Shown here piece after piece: positions 28,951 to 38,427 of a stretch of 64,000 nucleotides of DNA (positions are counted from its first letter, which is position 1; the number at the start of each line of letters is the position of its first letter). The translations under genes were made by a program, and so were the position numbers. Source of the stretch: a virus; the IMG/VR virus record IMGVR_UViG_3300045988_165974, positions 1 to 64,000 of that record; one strand, written 5' to 3'. The notes under the pieces are model-generated. The model worked only from the letters and a program-made list of their open reading frames with translations. It did not search any database and was not told the DNA's origin.

Positions 28951-30020
28951 TCTAATCCACAACTACATTTATAAACTCTATCTGATAATTTTAAGTCTTT
29001 CTTAATGTTTCCACAACTACTACATATTTTACTTGATGGATAATATTTATCAACTTGTATGAATTTAATATCATTCCATTCGCATTTATATTTCATTTGT
29101 CTTATAAATTCACATAGGTTCTGTTGTTGAATAGCTTTAGATAAATGTTTATTTTTCATCATATTAATTATACTTAAATCTTCCATTACTACCTTACATG
29201 GTTTGGTTTTCACTATTTGAGTAGTAACTTTATGAGTATAATCAAGTCTTATATTTTTTAATTTACGATAAAGTTTCTTGAGTCTAATTTCTAACTTTTT
29301 AATATTATTAGTTTTTAAGTAACGTCCTCCTTTCTTATTTTTTAAATATTTTTTACTTATTTGTCTTTGTAACCTTTTTAACTTCTTTTCTAGTTTTTTA
29401 ACAGTATGAGTTTTATTTATATTTTTAAACTTCATATTATTACTAAGTATTGCTAAATCTTTTACTCCTAAATCAATTCCTAATACTTTTTGTGTAAGTT
29501 CGTCTACTTCTTTTTCTACTTCTAATCCAAATGTTAAAATCCAACATCTGCCATTGTAATTTACATACGGATTTTTAAAAGAATTTATTTTGGTAAAATC
29601 AATTTTATAGTTAGATTTATATTTTACTTTTCCTATTTTTTCTAAATTAACTACATTCTTTTCATAAAATTTTATTTTATCATATCTACTATAAAAACTT
29701 AATTTTGTTTTTTTCTTACTTTTAAATTTAGGTAGATTAGATTTCTGTTTGTAAAAATTTGAATATGCTTTATCTAAATTCCTTAAAGACTCTTTCAAAG
29801 TCGCATTTGATATTTCATATAACCATTGGTTTTCTTTTTTATAAATAGTTAACATTCTCCCTAATTCTGTACAAGAATATTTCTTTTTCTCATTTTTATA
29901 TAATTCATTGTTGAGATTTAATGCCCAATTATAGACATATCTTTGACATCCAATATGCTTATAAAATAAAGTTTCTTGCTCTTTTGTTGGATATAATCTA
30001 ATTTTGAATCCTTTTATCAT
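28893..30020 (-). CDS. tnpB: TnpB (IS200/IS605-family OrfB, RuvC-like RNA-guided nuclease)
   Basis: N-terminal FKIRLYPTKEQ is typical of OrfB. RuvC triad candidates are GIDLGVKD, VVMEDL and EIDRDLNASLN. Zinc finger is CSSCG...CSCG. 375 aa. Confidence 0.85.
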   Translation of the reverse strand: MIKGFKIRLYPTKEQETLFYKHIGCQRYVYNWALNLNNELYKNEKKKYSCTELGRMLTIYKKENQWLYEISNATLKESLRNLDKAYSNFYKQKSNLPKFKSKKKTKLSFYSRYDKIKFYEKNVVNLEKIGKVKYKSNYKIDFTKINSFKNPYVNYNGRCWILTFGLEVEKEVDELTQKVLGIDLGVKDLAILSNNMKFKNINKTHTVKKLEKKLKRLQRQISKKYLKNKKGGRYLKTNNIKKLEIRLKKLYRKLKNIRLDYTHKVTTQIVKTKPCKVVMEDLSIINMMKNKHLSKAIQQQNLCEFIRQMKYKCEWNDIKFIQVDKYYPSSKICSSCGNIKKDLKLSDRVYKCSCGLEIDRDLNASLNLRNYGLSH

Positions 30021-30044
30021 TATTTTTCACCTCTTTCTTAATTT

Positions 30045-30098
30045 AATTATAACACATTCAATCTCTACTTGCAACTACTTTATTTATGTGTTATAATT
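30045..30098. promoter_or_regulatory. 13-bp perfect inverted repeat with divergent TATAAT boxes between tnpB and the RHH gene
   Basis: AATTATAACACAT (30045-30057) and ATGTGTTATAATT (30086-30098). Each arm contains TTATAAT reading outward toward tnpB or toward the RHH ORF. Confidence 0.5.
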
Positions 30099-30115
30099 AA
30101 TTTGAGGTGATATAA

Positions 30116-30286
30116 ATGAATAATAAAAAAGATAAATATGGATTAAAAAACAGAACTAGAATATCTAATGCTATTGATACTGAAACTTGGAAAAGATTAC
30201 AACAATATTCAAAAGAAACTATGATACCAATATCTAAATTGTTAGATAAAGCAATATCTGACTTTTTAGAATCTGCTAAAAAATAG
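30116..30286 (+). CDS. small ribbon-helix-helix (CopG/Arc-like) protein, divergent from tnpB
   Basis: Own translation: MNNKKDKYGLKNRTRISNAIDTETWKRLQQYSKETMIPISKLLDKAISDFLESAKK (56 aa, below the track cutoff). RBS is GAGGTGATATAA-ATG. Shows a beta-strand then two helices. Confidence 0.55.
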   Translation: MNNKKDKYGLKNRTRISNAIDTETWKRLQQYSKETMIPISKLLDKAISDFLESAKK

Positions 30287-30409
30287 TTTTTATAAAATTC
30301 AAATAGCTTATAAAAGTCAACATATGTTTATATTTTTTATAAGTTATTTGAAACCATTTAATATCTCCTTTAATTTAATTAAAAATAGCAGTCAAAAGAC
30401 TGCTTTATC

Positions 30410-30877
30410 TTATAAGAAATCTATTAATATTGAATCTTGTCTGTCGAATAAATCAACATCTATTTCTGCAACTATTCCTATTGCATCTTCTAATCCTTCT
30501 GCTTTTGCATATTTACCTAAATTAACTGTATCAGGTTTTACATAGTCTCCAACTGCTAATCCCTCTGGGAAGAATTTTTTAGCTATTGTGTATTCATCAA
30601 AGTTATCAACTGGTAATACTCTTCCTGGGTATCCTTTTTCTAAACAGTAATCAGAATCATCTAATCTTTCGTCATACATTAATGTAGAACAGTCAACTAT
30701 TGCTATTCTATCTCCAGCAGCATATTGTCCAATTTTATAACATTCTCTTTCACCTTTTGCATAGCCTTTTATTCCAACTATCATACCATTTTCTAATGGA
30801 GTGTTTTCTTCATGTAAAGCACTTAATGGTTTTGGATAAGGCACTCTATCTTTTCTTAATAATGCATATTTTCCCAT
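30410..30877 (-). CDS. hypothetical head protein (possible decoration protein)
   Basis: 155-aa ORF between the protease/scaffold and the capsid gene (before the TnpB insertion), followed by the hairpin AGCAGTC-TTTT-GACTGC + T-run. Confidence 0.35.
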   Translation of the reverse strand: MGKYALLRKDRVPYPKPLSALHEENTPLENGMIVGIKGYAKGERECYKIGQYAAGDRIAIVDCSTLMYDERLDDSDYCLEKGYPGRVLPVDNFDEYTIAKKFFPEGLAVGDYVKPDTVNLGKYAKAEGLEDAIGIVAEIDVDLFDRQDSILIDFL

Positions 30878-30889
30878 GTATCTTTCCTC

Positions 30890-32353
30890 CTAATCTAAAA
30901 TATCTCCGTATGGTCTTTTTCTTACAGGCTCATCTGTATGGTCTGCAACTTTTACACTTTTTGGCTCTGAACTTTTTTGTTTAGCTCTATTTTCTATAGC
31001 TTTTTTACCTTCTAAAGCAAATAATTCTTTTTCAAATAAATTCATTTCTAATTCTCCAGATAAAACTTTTTCTTTTAATTCTTTGATTTCATCTTCTTCT
31101 AAAGAGAATTTTTCTAACATATTTGCAACATTTTCTTTAAGTTTTTCATTATTTACTTCTTTTTCAAAAGCCTTAAGTCTTTCCAACTCGGAATTTAATT
31201 CTGATAATTTATTATCTTTTTCTTCTGTATCTTTTGAGAATTCTACTATTTTTTCATCTAATTCTTTTATTTTTTCATCCTTTTCAGATGCAGAAGTTTC
31301 TAATGTTTTGATTGACTCATTTAATTCATTTATTTTTTCAAAAGCAACTTTTTCTAACTCATTTTCAAAAGGTTTTTCTAATGAGAAATTAACTTGAGAT
31401 TCTCCCTCATTCATTTCTCTCCATTCTCTTATATAAGCTTTTTTATTATCAAAATCTAAAACAATTTTGTCTCCATCTAATGAATAAGGAACACCAAAAC
31501 AAGAATAGTTAGATGCACTTTCAACAACAACGACATTTTCTCCAGGAATTATATCTCTGTAATAAAATTCTCTTTGTTGGTATGTTTCTCCCCAATAGTT
31601 AGTTTGTTCAACTGTTCTATTAGCAAGGGCATCATATATTTGGTCTTGAAAGTTTTGAACTGATAAGCCAAACATTTCTATTGTTTTTTTATTTTCAGGC
31701 AACTTAATACCCTCCTTTTCTTTATTTAATTCATTGCAAATTAACTGTAATTCTTTTTTGTAAAACTCTAAATTACCTTTAGCATAAGTTGTTATTGTAG
31801 CACCTTCTATTCCTGGTTCTACATCATCTCCAAGAATAGTAATTCCTTGGAATATAAAAGAAGTAATATCTCCTTCGTCATTCTTTTCCTGAATAATGAT
31901 TTCCATACTTACACTTTTTTCTTGAGCTTCTAATAGTAAATCTAATCCCTCATTTGCATAAGCTTTCCAAATTTTTCCCGTTGCACATAAATAAGTTTTT
32001 TCAGTTTCTTCATCTGTTTCATAAGTTATTTCTGTACTTTCAGGAATTACTCCAATTGCTCTTTCTTCATAAAAAGTTCTTACTTCTAATCCTTCAGAGG
32101 TTCTTGACAGTTTTAGATATATTTTATGTCCTCCAAAATCAATAGCCTCGTCATCTTCGTCTCTTTCTATGTATCCCACTATTGGAATATTTTTTAAACT
32201 TTCTTTAGCATTTTCAATTGCATCTTCGGTAATATTAAGACCCTTGCTATTTTCCCCAGCATGGACAATTTGAAGTTTTACATTTTGGAATCTTGAATCT
32301 TCATCTTCATTTGAGAAAAAAGTTAATTTACAATTTATATTTTTTGTTTCCAA
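30890..32353 (-). CDS. putative prohead protease / scaffold fusion protein
   Basis: The N-terminal ~200 aa are globular. The C-terminal half is highly charged coiled coil (EKDEKIKELDEKIVEFSKDTEEKDNKLSELNSELERLKAFEKEV...), which is scaffold-like. Position is between portal and capsid. Confidence 0.5.
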   Translation of the reverse strand: METKNINCKLTFFSNEDEDSRFQNVKLQIVHAGENSKGLNITEDAIENAKESLKNIPIVGYIERDEDDEAIDFGGHKIYLKLSRTSEGLEVRTFYEERAIGVIPESTEITYETDEETEKTYLCATGKIWKAYANEGLDLLLEAQEKSVSMEIIIQEKNDEGDITSFIFQGITILGDDVEPGIEGATITTYAKGNLEFYKKELQLICNELNKEKEGIKLPENKKTIEMFGLSVQNFQDQIYDALANRTVEQTNYWGETYQQREFYYRDIIPGENVVVVESASNYSCFGVPYSLDGDKIVLDFDNKKAYIREWREMNEGESQVNFSLEKPFENELEKVAFEKINELNESIKTLETSASEKDEKIKELDEKIVEFSKDTEEKDNKLSELNSELERLKAFEKEVNNEKLKENVANMLEKFSLEEDEIKELKEKVLSGELEMNLFEKELFALEGKKAIENRAKQKSSEPKSVKVADHTDEPVRKRPYGDILD

Positions 32354-32381
32354 ATAGCACCCTCCTTTCTTCGGAGTTTAT

Positions 32382-32591
32382 CTATTTAATATTTAATAGT
32401 ATTTCCTTTATTTCCTCGTTTGACACTCCTATGAGAATATAAAGATATACTATTAAAAAGAAAATATTTACTAATGGTGTGAATATAATTAAACCTACTG
32501 TCAATAGAGTTGCACATATGTTAGATTTGCTTTTCATCGGTATTTCATTTTCACTAGCAACATATCCTATTTTTAAACAAGTTGCAATCAC
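32382..32591 (-). CDS. small membrane protein
   Basis: 69 aa with two hydrophobic helices (ATLLTVGLIIFTPLVNIFFLIVYLYILIGV). Confidence 0.4.
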   Translation of the reverse strand: MIATCLKIGYVASENEIPMKSKSNICATLLTVGLIIFTPLVNIFFLIVYLYILIGVSNEEIKEILLNIK

Positions 32592-32646
32592 ACTTATTTG
32601 TTGTTAGAATACATATCATTGCATATAATTTTCCCATATCATTCTC

Positions 32647-32829
32647 CTATACAAACATAACATCCGTAAATAAAAATTTAGTTTTATCAGATAATTTAGA
32701 AATTTTGTTTTTATCGTTTTCATAATAATAAAAAATATCATTATCTATTTTTTCAGATGTTATGTACTTAAAATTATAAAAATCTAATTCACTTTTATCT
32801 CTTTTGTTTAATGCTACTATAAATTTCAT
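32647..32829 (-). CDS. hypothetical small protein
   Basis: 60-aa ORF directly after the portal gene. No motif. Confidence 0.3.
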   Translation of the reverse strand: MKFIVALNKRDKSELDFYNFKYITSEKIDNDIFYYYENDKNKISKLSDKTKFLFTDVMFV

Positions 32830-32839
32830 CCAATCTCAC

Positions 32840-34375
32840 CTATTTTCCATTCTTTTCAGAATTAGATTCTCCTGTATCTGATTTAGAAGGTCTACCTCCT
32901 TCATCTACTTTTGCAGAACTTGGAGTCTTATCACTCGAATCTTGATTTGAATCTGTACCACTTGTTTGATATGCACTTTCTAATGGTTTCATATCTTCGG
33001 CAACTTTTTCTAATTCTTCTATTTTAAGTGTATTCATAGCTCTAAGAGGAGTAAATCCCATTGTTGCAAAATATTTCCATTTAGAACCATATATAGTTAA
33101 ACCATCTTTTTCGTCCTTAGCCAATTGTCTCCAATTATGTTCAGTTGTTTTTACAAACTCTACCATCCAATTTCTAGTTTTTGAACTAGTTCTAAGTTCA
33201 TCATTTATCCAATTTTCTATTGATTTTTGAATAAATAATGGCAATAACACATCTACAGTTTCTCCATAACTTACTGCCTCTGTATTAGTTGAATTTCCAT
33301 TAAATATATCATTATTGATTCCTGCTGCATCATAAATAGTTTCTTTTACTTTATTAACATATTCAAGAGTTTTAGTTTGTGAATCACCTAATGTTATTTT
33401 TTCTAAAGGCATAGGAGTAGTAATTGCTCCACAACCTGTATTATTTAAGACTTTCTTTAAAGCTTCATGGAATTTTTGTAAAGTCTTTTTATCTAATTTC
33501 ATTCTACCTTTTTCATCGGTTTCTGCTTTTTGATATATTAAAATAAAGTTTTCTAATACTGCATTATTGTTTCGTAAATCTTCTAAATCTTCTAATGACA
33601 TTAAATTGTCAAATAAACTTGCAAAATAAGGAACTCCTTTTGTTCCCCAAACTTCTAATGAAAATGCAACTGCTTTATTATAATTACTTAAATCATACCA
33701 ACCATTATCAAAATTTTCATCATCAATTAATTGTCCATTAGTATATTTAATATATAGTTCCATAATTTCTTGAGGAAAATAGGCTAACTCTGTTGGAGAT
33801 ATGGCTGCTAAATTTATTTTATATCTTGAAACCATATTCCCAGTTTTGCTGCATATTTTACATAATTTATTAGGAATTTGTTGATATATAACACTATATC
33901 TATCCTTAATTATAAATAAAAAGATTTCTCCACAATCTAATATCTTTTCGGTAATCCATTTAGAATTATACTTTAAATTATATTTTTCTAATTCAGTAGC
34001 AGCCTTATATCTTGCCTCCCAAATATCTTCTTTTGTTTTATATTTACTTATATCTCTTGGAATTAAAAAATGGTCATATGTAAGAATTTTCGATTTGTAA
34101 TCTGTGAATTGTCTAACCATACCATTAGTATATTTAAATATTTCGGCTGCATCTTGCAATATTTCAATACTAGCAGTATTTGTTGGATTGGCTAAAGCTG
34201 TTCTTAATTGCTTTTTAGATATTTTTCTTCTTCTTGCTATTGAATCATATGTTGAGCCTATATATCCAACATTATTGTATACATAATTCGCAAAGGATTC
34301 GAATTCCTGTTTTTCAAAAGTAACTATATCACTTTCTGATTCGTTGATTTTCTTCTCTAAATCCAACTGATACAC
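32840..34375 (-). CDS. putative portal protein
   Basis: 511-aa ORF starting 4 nt after the terL stop, with an acidic/Ser-rich C-terminal tail. This is the canonical position. Confidence 0.6.
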   Translation of the reverse strand: MYQLDLEKKINESESDIVTFEKQEFESFANYVYNNVGYIGSTYDSIARRRKISKKQLRTALANPTNTASIEILQDAAEIFKYTNGMVRQFTDYKSKILTYDHFLIPRDISKYKTKEDIWEARYKAATELEKYNLKYNSKWITEKILDCGEIFLFIIKDRYSVIYQQIPNKLCKICSKTGNMVSRYKINLAAISPTELAYFPQEIMELYIKYTNGQLIDDENFDNGWYDLSNYNKAVAFSLEVWGTKGVPYFASLFDNLMSLEDLEDLRNNNAVLENFILIYQKAETDEKGRMKLDKKTLQKFHEALKKVLNNTGCGAITTPMPLEKITLGDSQTKTLEYVNKVKETIYDAAGINNDIFNGNSTNTEAVSYGETVDVLLPLFIQKSIENWINDELRTSSKTRNWMVEFVKTTEHNWRQLAKDEKDGLTIYGSKWKYFATMGFTPLRAMNTLKIEELEKVAEDMKPLESAYQTSGTDSNQDSSDKTPSSAKVDEGGRPSKSDTGESNSEKNGK

Positions 34376-34378
34376 CTC

Positions 34379-35490
34379 CTATGTTAAGAATACAAATGTA
34401 TCATCATCTGTGGTACTATTTGCATTTTCTTCTTCTTCTAGGTAGTCTGCTAAGAAGTTAGCATATCCAAGGCTAGAATATCTATCTTTTCTAGCTCTAC
34501 CTCTTTCTTTTATCTTGATGTATTTACCACCTTCAATACTATGGTCTAAATTTATAAGCTCATTAACTAAAGCTGTTGTTTGTAAAAATGGAGACATATA
34601 TTTAGCCTCTAATTCTGCTCTTAAATTAATATCTGTTATATCTCCTATCTTTTCTTCAAATATCATTTCCTTGGCATCTAAATGATTTAAAGGAAGTTCT
34701 ATTGTCTTATTCATAAGATTTTCTCTTAAACTCATAGCCACTTTATGATTTATTTCAGAATTTGGTTTCAATGAATATACAACAGGAAGGGAATTTCTTG
34801 CAGCAAATTCATCTACTGTATTGTCCTTATTAAAACAAGTAAAACCATCATACCAAACATCTCTTTCGTTATCATAATTGCTTTTTTGTAAATAACTCCA
34901 TACGGTTAACCCTAACCCTTGAGTATCTATTATCATATAATCTGCATCAAAATCATTAAATAATTGTTTTAATCTTATAGCTTGTGTTTCGGCTTCCATC
35001 CCATTATAACTTTCAATATTTACAACTATTCTTCTGAATTTTCCGTCAGAAGGAATTAATCTCATACAAGTATATACTGAGTTGTCATTTACAGAGCCTT
35101 TTGATAAAGCTATATCGGCAGATATTATTCTTATTTCTCCATTTAATTTTCTTAAATATCCTCTTTTATCTTTTTTCTTTTTCTTTTTATCCTCCATGTA
35201 CTCAATTGGAGTGGGAGGATAAAACATACTCTCTTGAGTTCTACAGTTATTGACAAATGAAGATTTAAAGAAAGCATCTTCTGATTCTCCATAGAATAAT
35301 CCACAATATTCCATAGCAAAACTTGCTTCTGTCATACTTTCTTTTTTCATTTCTCTTATTATTTTTTTCTTAGTTAATAATCCGTGGTCTAAACTACAAG
35401 TAAAAGGAATTGAACACATAAATGCATCTTCTCCTCTTACCATTGCATTTAAAACTTCCATACATTTAGCATAGCTCCAATGTCCTTTAT
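34379..35490 (-). CDS. terL: terminase large subunit, exon 4 of 4 (nuclease domain)
   Basis: Frame is open from 35490 (..Y)KGHWSYAKCMEVLNAMVRGED...ISADIALS...IIDTQGLG... Joins exon 3 in phase 1 (tgg t|at aaa). Confidence 0.8.
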
Positions 35491-36730
35491 CATATTGTTA
35501 TTAACCAATGGCTTTTTATCCATTGCTCTGGAGATTTCTCTCATTTGAAATTATCTTATCGGTTGGTCAATTCCAACCCAGATTGGCGTACATTTTTATT
35601 CTCTAATATTTATATGGCGAATATCGAATACTCTTGTTGATATTATATTCTGTGGAGGATGGCTATTCCCCAAACAGGTTCAATCAATACGCTCTACGAT
35701 ACTAATAACTCTTTAATTTTATTAGTTATCTCGGTATTTTCTTTTCTAATATTGAATTTATTTCTTTAACTTGTGAGTAATTAATCCTTATTAAATTAAT
35801 GTCATTCTTCTTACAAAAATTATTTTTTATGACATCATGCTTTTGTCTAATTTTAAATTTTTCTTTTCCTCCATAAAAATCGGTCGGTCTATAATGTTGT
35901 TCTCCATCAAATTCGATTGCAATATTAAAGTCATTTAAATAAAAATCAAAAGGGAGTGGACGAATATCTTTACAATACTTAAATTTATATTCTTTTTCAT
36001 ATTGTATATTATTCTTATCCAACCGTTCTGAAATTTTTATAACTCCAACACTTTCTTTTGATTGACAATTTGGACACTTTATTGTTTTCCCATTAAAATT
36101 TGAAAAAGCTCTAGTAAAAACACATCCACAATCTTCGTGTTTTAATGTTACTTTTCTTTGTGTATTAATTTCAATAATTTTAAATCCTTGATTATTTTTA
36201 TTTAAAACATTTTGCATATCTTCTATTGTTAATGTTTTATTTTTGCTTTCACATCTAGGACATATTACTTTTCTGTTTAAAAATCCTTTTAAATTTCTCT
36301 TAAAAACAAAATTACATTTCTTATGTTTTAAAGTTAAATAAGATTTATGAATACCATTGTATTCTAAATTAATTAATTCATAATCTTCTCCTATTTTTGA
36401 ATAAATATCTTCTAAAACTTTTTCAATAGGCTTGAACATTTTTGAGTTTGCATTTTCCTTAGAACAATCATTACATTGTATTTTATCTTGATTTTTAATG
36501 TTATAAAAATTTCTCTCAAAAATCTTTCCACATTTACATCTTAAAATTAATTTTTCAGAACCATTTTTATATTCTTTTGATAGCAACTCACAATCGGAAT
36601 TTTCTTCAATATAAGATTTTACTTGTTCATATGTAAATTTACTCATATTAACTCCTTTAAAGATTTTTACCGATATTACTCGATTACGGCTATAAGCACC
36701 CATATTTTACTTATAGCTAGGCAAAAGTTT
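35491..36730 (-). mobile_element. group-I-like intron (terL intron 3, family B 3' module) with a zinc-ribbon/PD-(D/E)xK endonuclease ORF
   Basis: The 5' exon ends GGATGGT. The intron ends GTTAATAACAATATG. 35491-35725 is homologous to 18180-18536 and 38428-38677. Confidence 0.65.
35726..36646 (-). CDS. intron-encoded homing endonuclease: zinc-ribbon repeats plus PD-(D/E)xK-like nuclease
   Basis: Start trimmed to the ATG after AAAGGAG (MSKFTYEQVKSYIEEN...). The C-terminus RPLPFDFYLNDFNIAIEFDGEQHY...LIRINY is paralogous to 14559 and 16627. Confidence 0.65.
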   Translation of the reverse strand: MSKFTYEQVKSYIEENSDCELLSKEYKNGSEKLILRCKCGKIFERNFYNIKNQDKIQCNDCSKENANSKMFKPIEKVLEDIYSKIGEDYELINLEYNGIHKSYLTLKHKKCNFVFKRNLKGFLNRKVICPRCESKNKTLTIEDMQNVLNKNNQGFKIIEINTQRKVTLKHEDCGCVFTRAFSNFNGKTIKCPNCQSKESVGVIKISERLDKNNIQYEKEYKFKYCKDIRPLPFDFYLNDFNIAIEFDGEQHYRPTDFYGGKEKFKIRQKHDVIKNNFCKKNDINLIRINYSQVKEINSILEKKIPR

Positions 36731-36923
36731 ACCATCCAGAACTTAAATATATCTCTTTGTTCTCTTCGATATATTTCTTCTTTAACATTGGATTATTTGC
36801 ATATTGAGGAAGACTTAAAAAACCTGGTTGTCTTGGATTTGTTAAGAAAGGTAATAAAACATCATCTAATATTTTTTGGTCTACCATTCTATATTCATCT
36901 ACAATCAAAATGTTGGCACGTTC
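36731..36923 (-). CDS. terL: terminase large subunit, exon 3 of 4 (Walker B segment)
   Basis: [35 protein letters not shown]... contains the Walker B LIVDE. 193 nt. Confidence 0.8.
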
Positions 36924-38166
36924 CAATTTGTTATCCCATAAGCTCTTTATCTTATGGTTCTCATAAATTTCTTTATAAGTTCAGAGTACATTATCACTCT
37001 CATTTCATCTTAGCTCTCAATGAGTGTCGGAGGCTCTTGGAAGGATTATTGCTTTCATTTTGTCGCTCACCCTCTACTCGTTACGGACAATATTAGATAT
37101 TATTGCCCTCGGTATTACCACTACCCATTTTAGGGGTTAGGCTTTCTTACCAGTCTATCCCTCCTATTTCTAGGTTATATTTTTATGTACTTTCGACTAT
37201 GACCGATACACCCCGATTACGGCAATATGCACTTGAGAGTTTACATATTGCTAGGCTATTTGTAATATTTTGTTTGCTTTTATGTATTTTCTATCAAGAT
37301 AAATGGTTGCATTATCATACAATAAATGTACCAATTTCTTACATTCATTCTGTCGAGAAAAAGACAATTTATAACATGTATTGCTTAAATAAATTATTGA
37401 ATGTAATTCAAAATCTTTCTCCATTTTTTCTTTAATAAATTCAAAAATAGCTAAATTATTCCCTGCTATTGAGATATTAGGATATGATTTGTTTTTATTT
37501 TTCTTAAAACAATATGTACCATCTCCATCAATATACCCTCTTAGAAAATGTAAAAACAAAGTATTGTCTTCTATTCTTGGAAACACCTCTGAATAACTTT
37601 TATTTTGAACTATATTTTTATCTAATAAATCTAAATAAATTGATTTACTGTATACTCTAATAATGCAATTTACGCATTGTTTATTTCTAATTTTTTGGCC
37701 ATTTAAACGGTCAAGGGAATTATAATTACTAATTTTAGAATTAACTTTATAATAGTTATTAAAGTTTTTATTAAATTTATGTAAATGATTTATATCTTTA
37801 TAACTTAATTCTATTCCTAATTCATAGGTTCTATTTGAATGACTAATATATCCATCTGCATAAATAAATCCCAACCGATATGCTTTTTCTTCATTGTCAA
37901 TTTTATCAAAAAAACGTTGATTTCCTTTATCTTTATCAGAAATACTTTGTCTTAATTCTAGCTTGCCTTTTTGATAATCTATTGATTTTTCACTTCTTCC
38001 GATTAGTTTAGATAATTCTTTATTAGTATATTTTTTATAATTTTCTTTTAAAAATAAAATTTCTTCATCTTTCCGTTTTTTACTCACTTCGATTTCCTCC
38101 TAATTTTTTAAATTAGAAGGAATAAAGGCTTATACTCCTTTAAATTCCTAAGCAAACTTGAAAATA
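36924..38166 (-). mobile_element. group-I-like intron (terL intron 2) with a LAGLIDADG endonuclease ORF
   Basis: The 5' exon ends AGAGGT. A candidate internal guide GCCUU lies 45 nt downstream. The intron ends GGGATAACAAATTG. It shares GTGTCGGAGGCTC with terL intron 1. Confidence 0.65.
37251..38087 (-). CDS. intron-encoded LAGLIDADG homing endonuclease (GTG start)
   Basis: AYRLGFIYADGYI and FLRGYIDGDGTY motifs. RBS is TTAGGAGGAAATCGAA-GTG. Paralog of 18537..19295. Confidence 0.8.
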   Translation of the reverse strand: MSKKRKDEEILFLKENYKKYTNKELSKLIGRSEKSIDYQKGKLELRQSISDKDKGNQRFFDKIDNEEKAYRLGFIYADGYISHSNRTYELGIELSYKDINHLHKFNKNFNNYYKVNSKISNYNSLDRLNGQKIRNKQCVNCIIRVYSKSIYLDLLDKNIVQNKSYSEVFPRIEDNTLFLHFLRGYIDGDGTYCFKKNKNKSYPNISIAGNNLAIFEFIKEKMEKDFELHSIIYLSNTCYKLSFSRQNECKKLVHLLYDNATIYLDRKYIKANKILQIA

Positions 38167-38427
38167 ACCTCTGGCATCTTGATTAGCTACAATAGCTTCT
38201 ATTCTACTTCCATTCCAAAATGTAATAGAAACCTCTTTACTATTAATCTGAATATCTTTAATTTCTTTTTGTAGAGCCTCGGATGTTTTATATAACTCTC
38301 CAATTATCTTATCTGTAATTATCTTTTGAGCTTGTTTCTTTCTCTTAGCTGCGACGATTATCTTTGTTCCTGGTTTTAAAGTGCAAATTAAAACTGAAAA
38401 AACTGAAATTAGCCACGTTTTGCCAAG
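38167..38427 (-). CDS. terL: terminase large subunit, exon 2 of 4 (second half of the P-loop)
   Basis: Own translation: LGKTWLISVFSVLICTLKPGTKIIVAAKRKKQAQKII...IVANQDARG. 261 nt, phase 0. Absent from the ORF track. Confidence 0.75.

Noticed and set aside
36623-37435. Plus-strand ORFs 36623-37096 and 37103-37435
   Set aside because: They cover terL exon 3 antisense and the structured part of terL intron 2. There is no RBS. The region is accounted for by the intron and the LAGLIDADG gene on the other strand.
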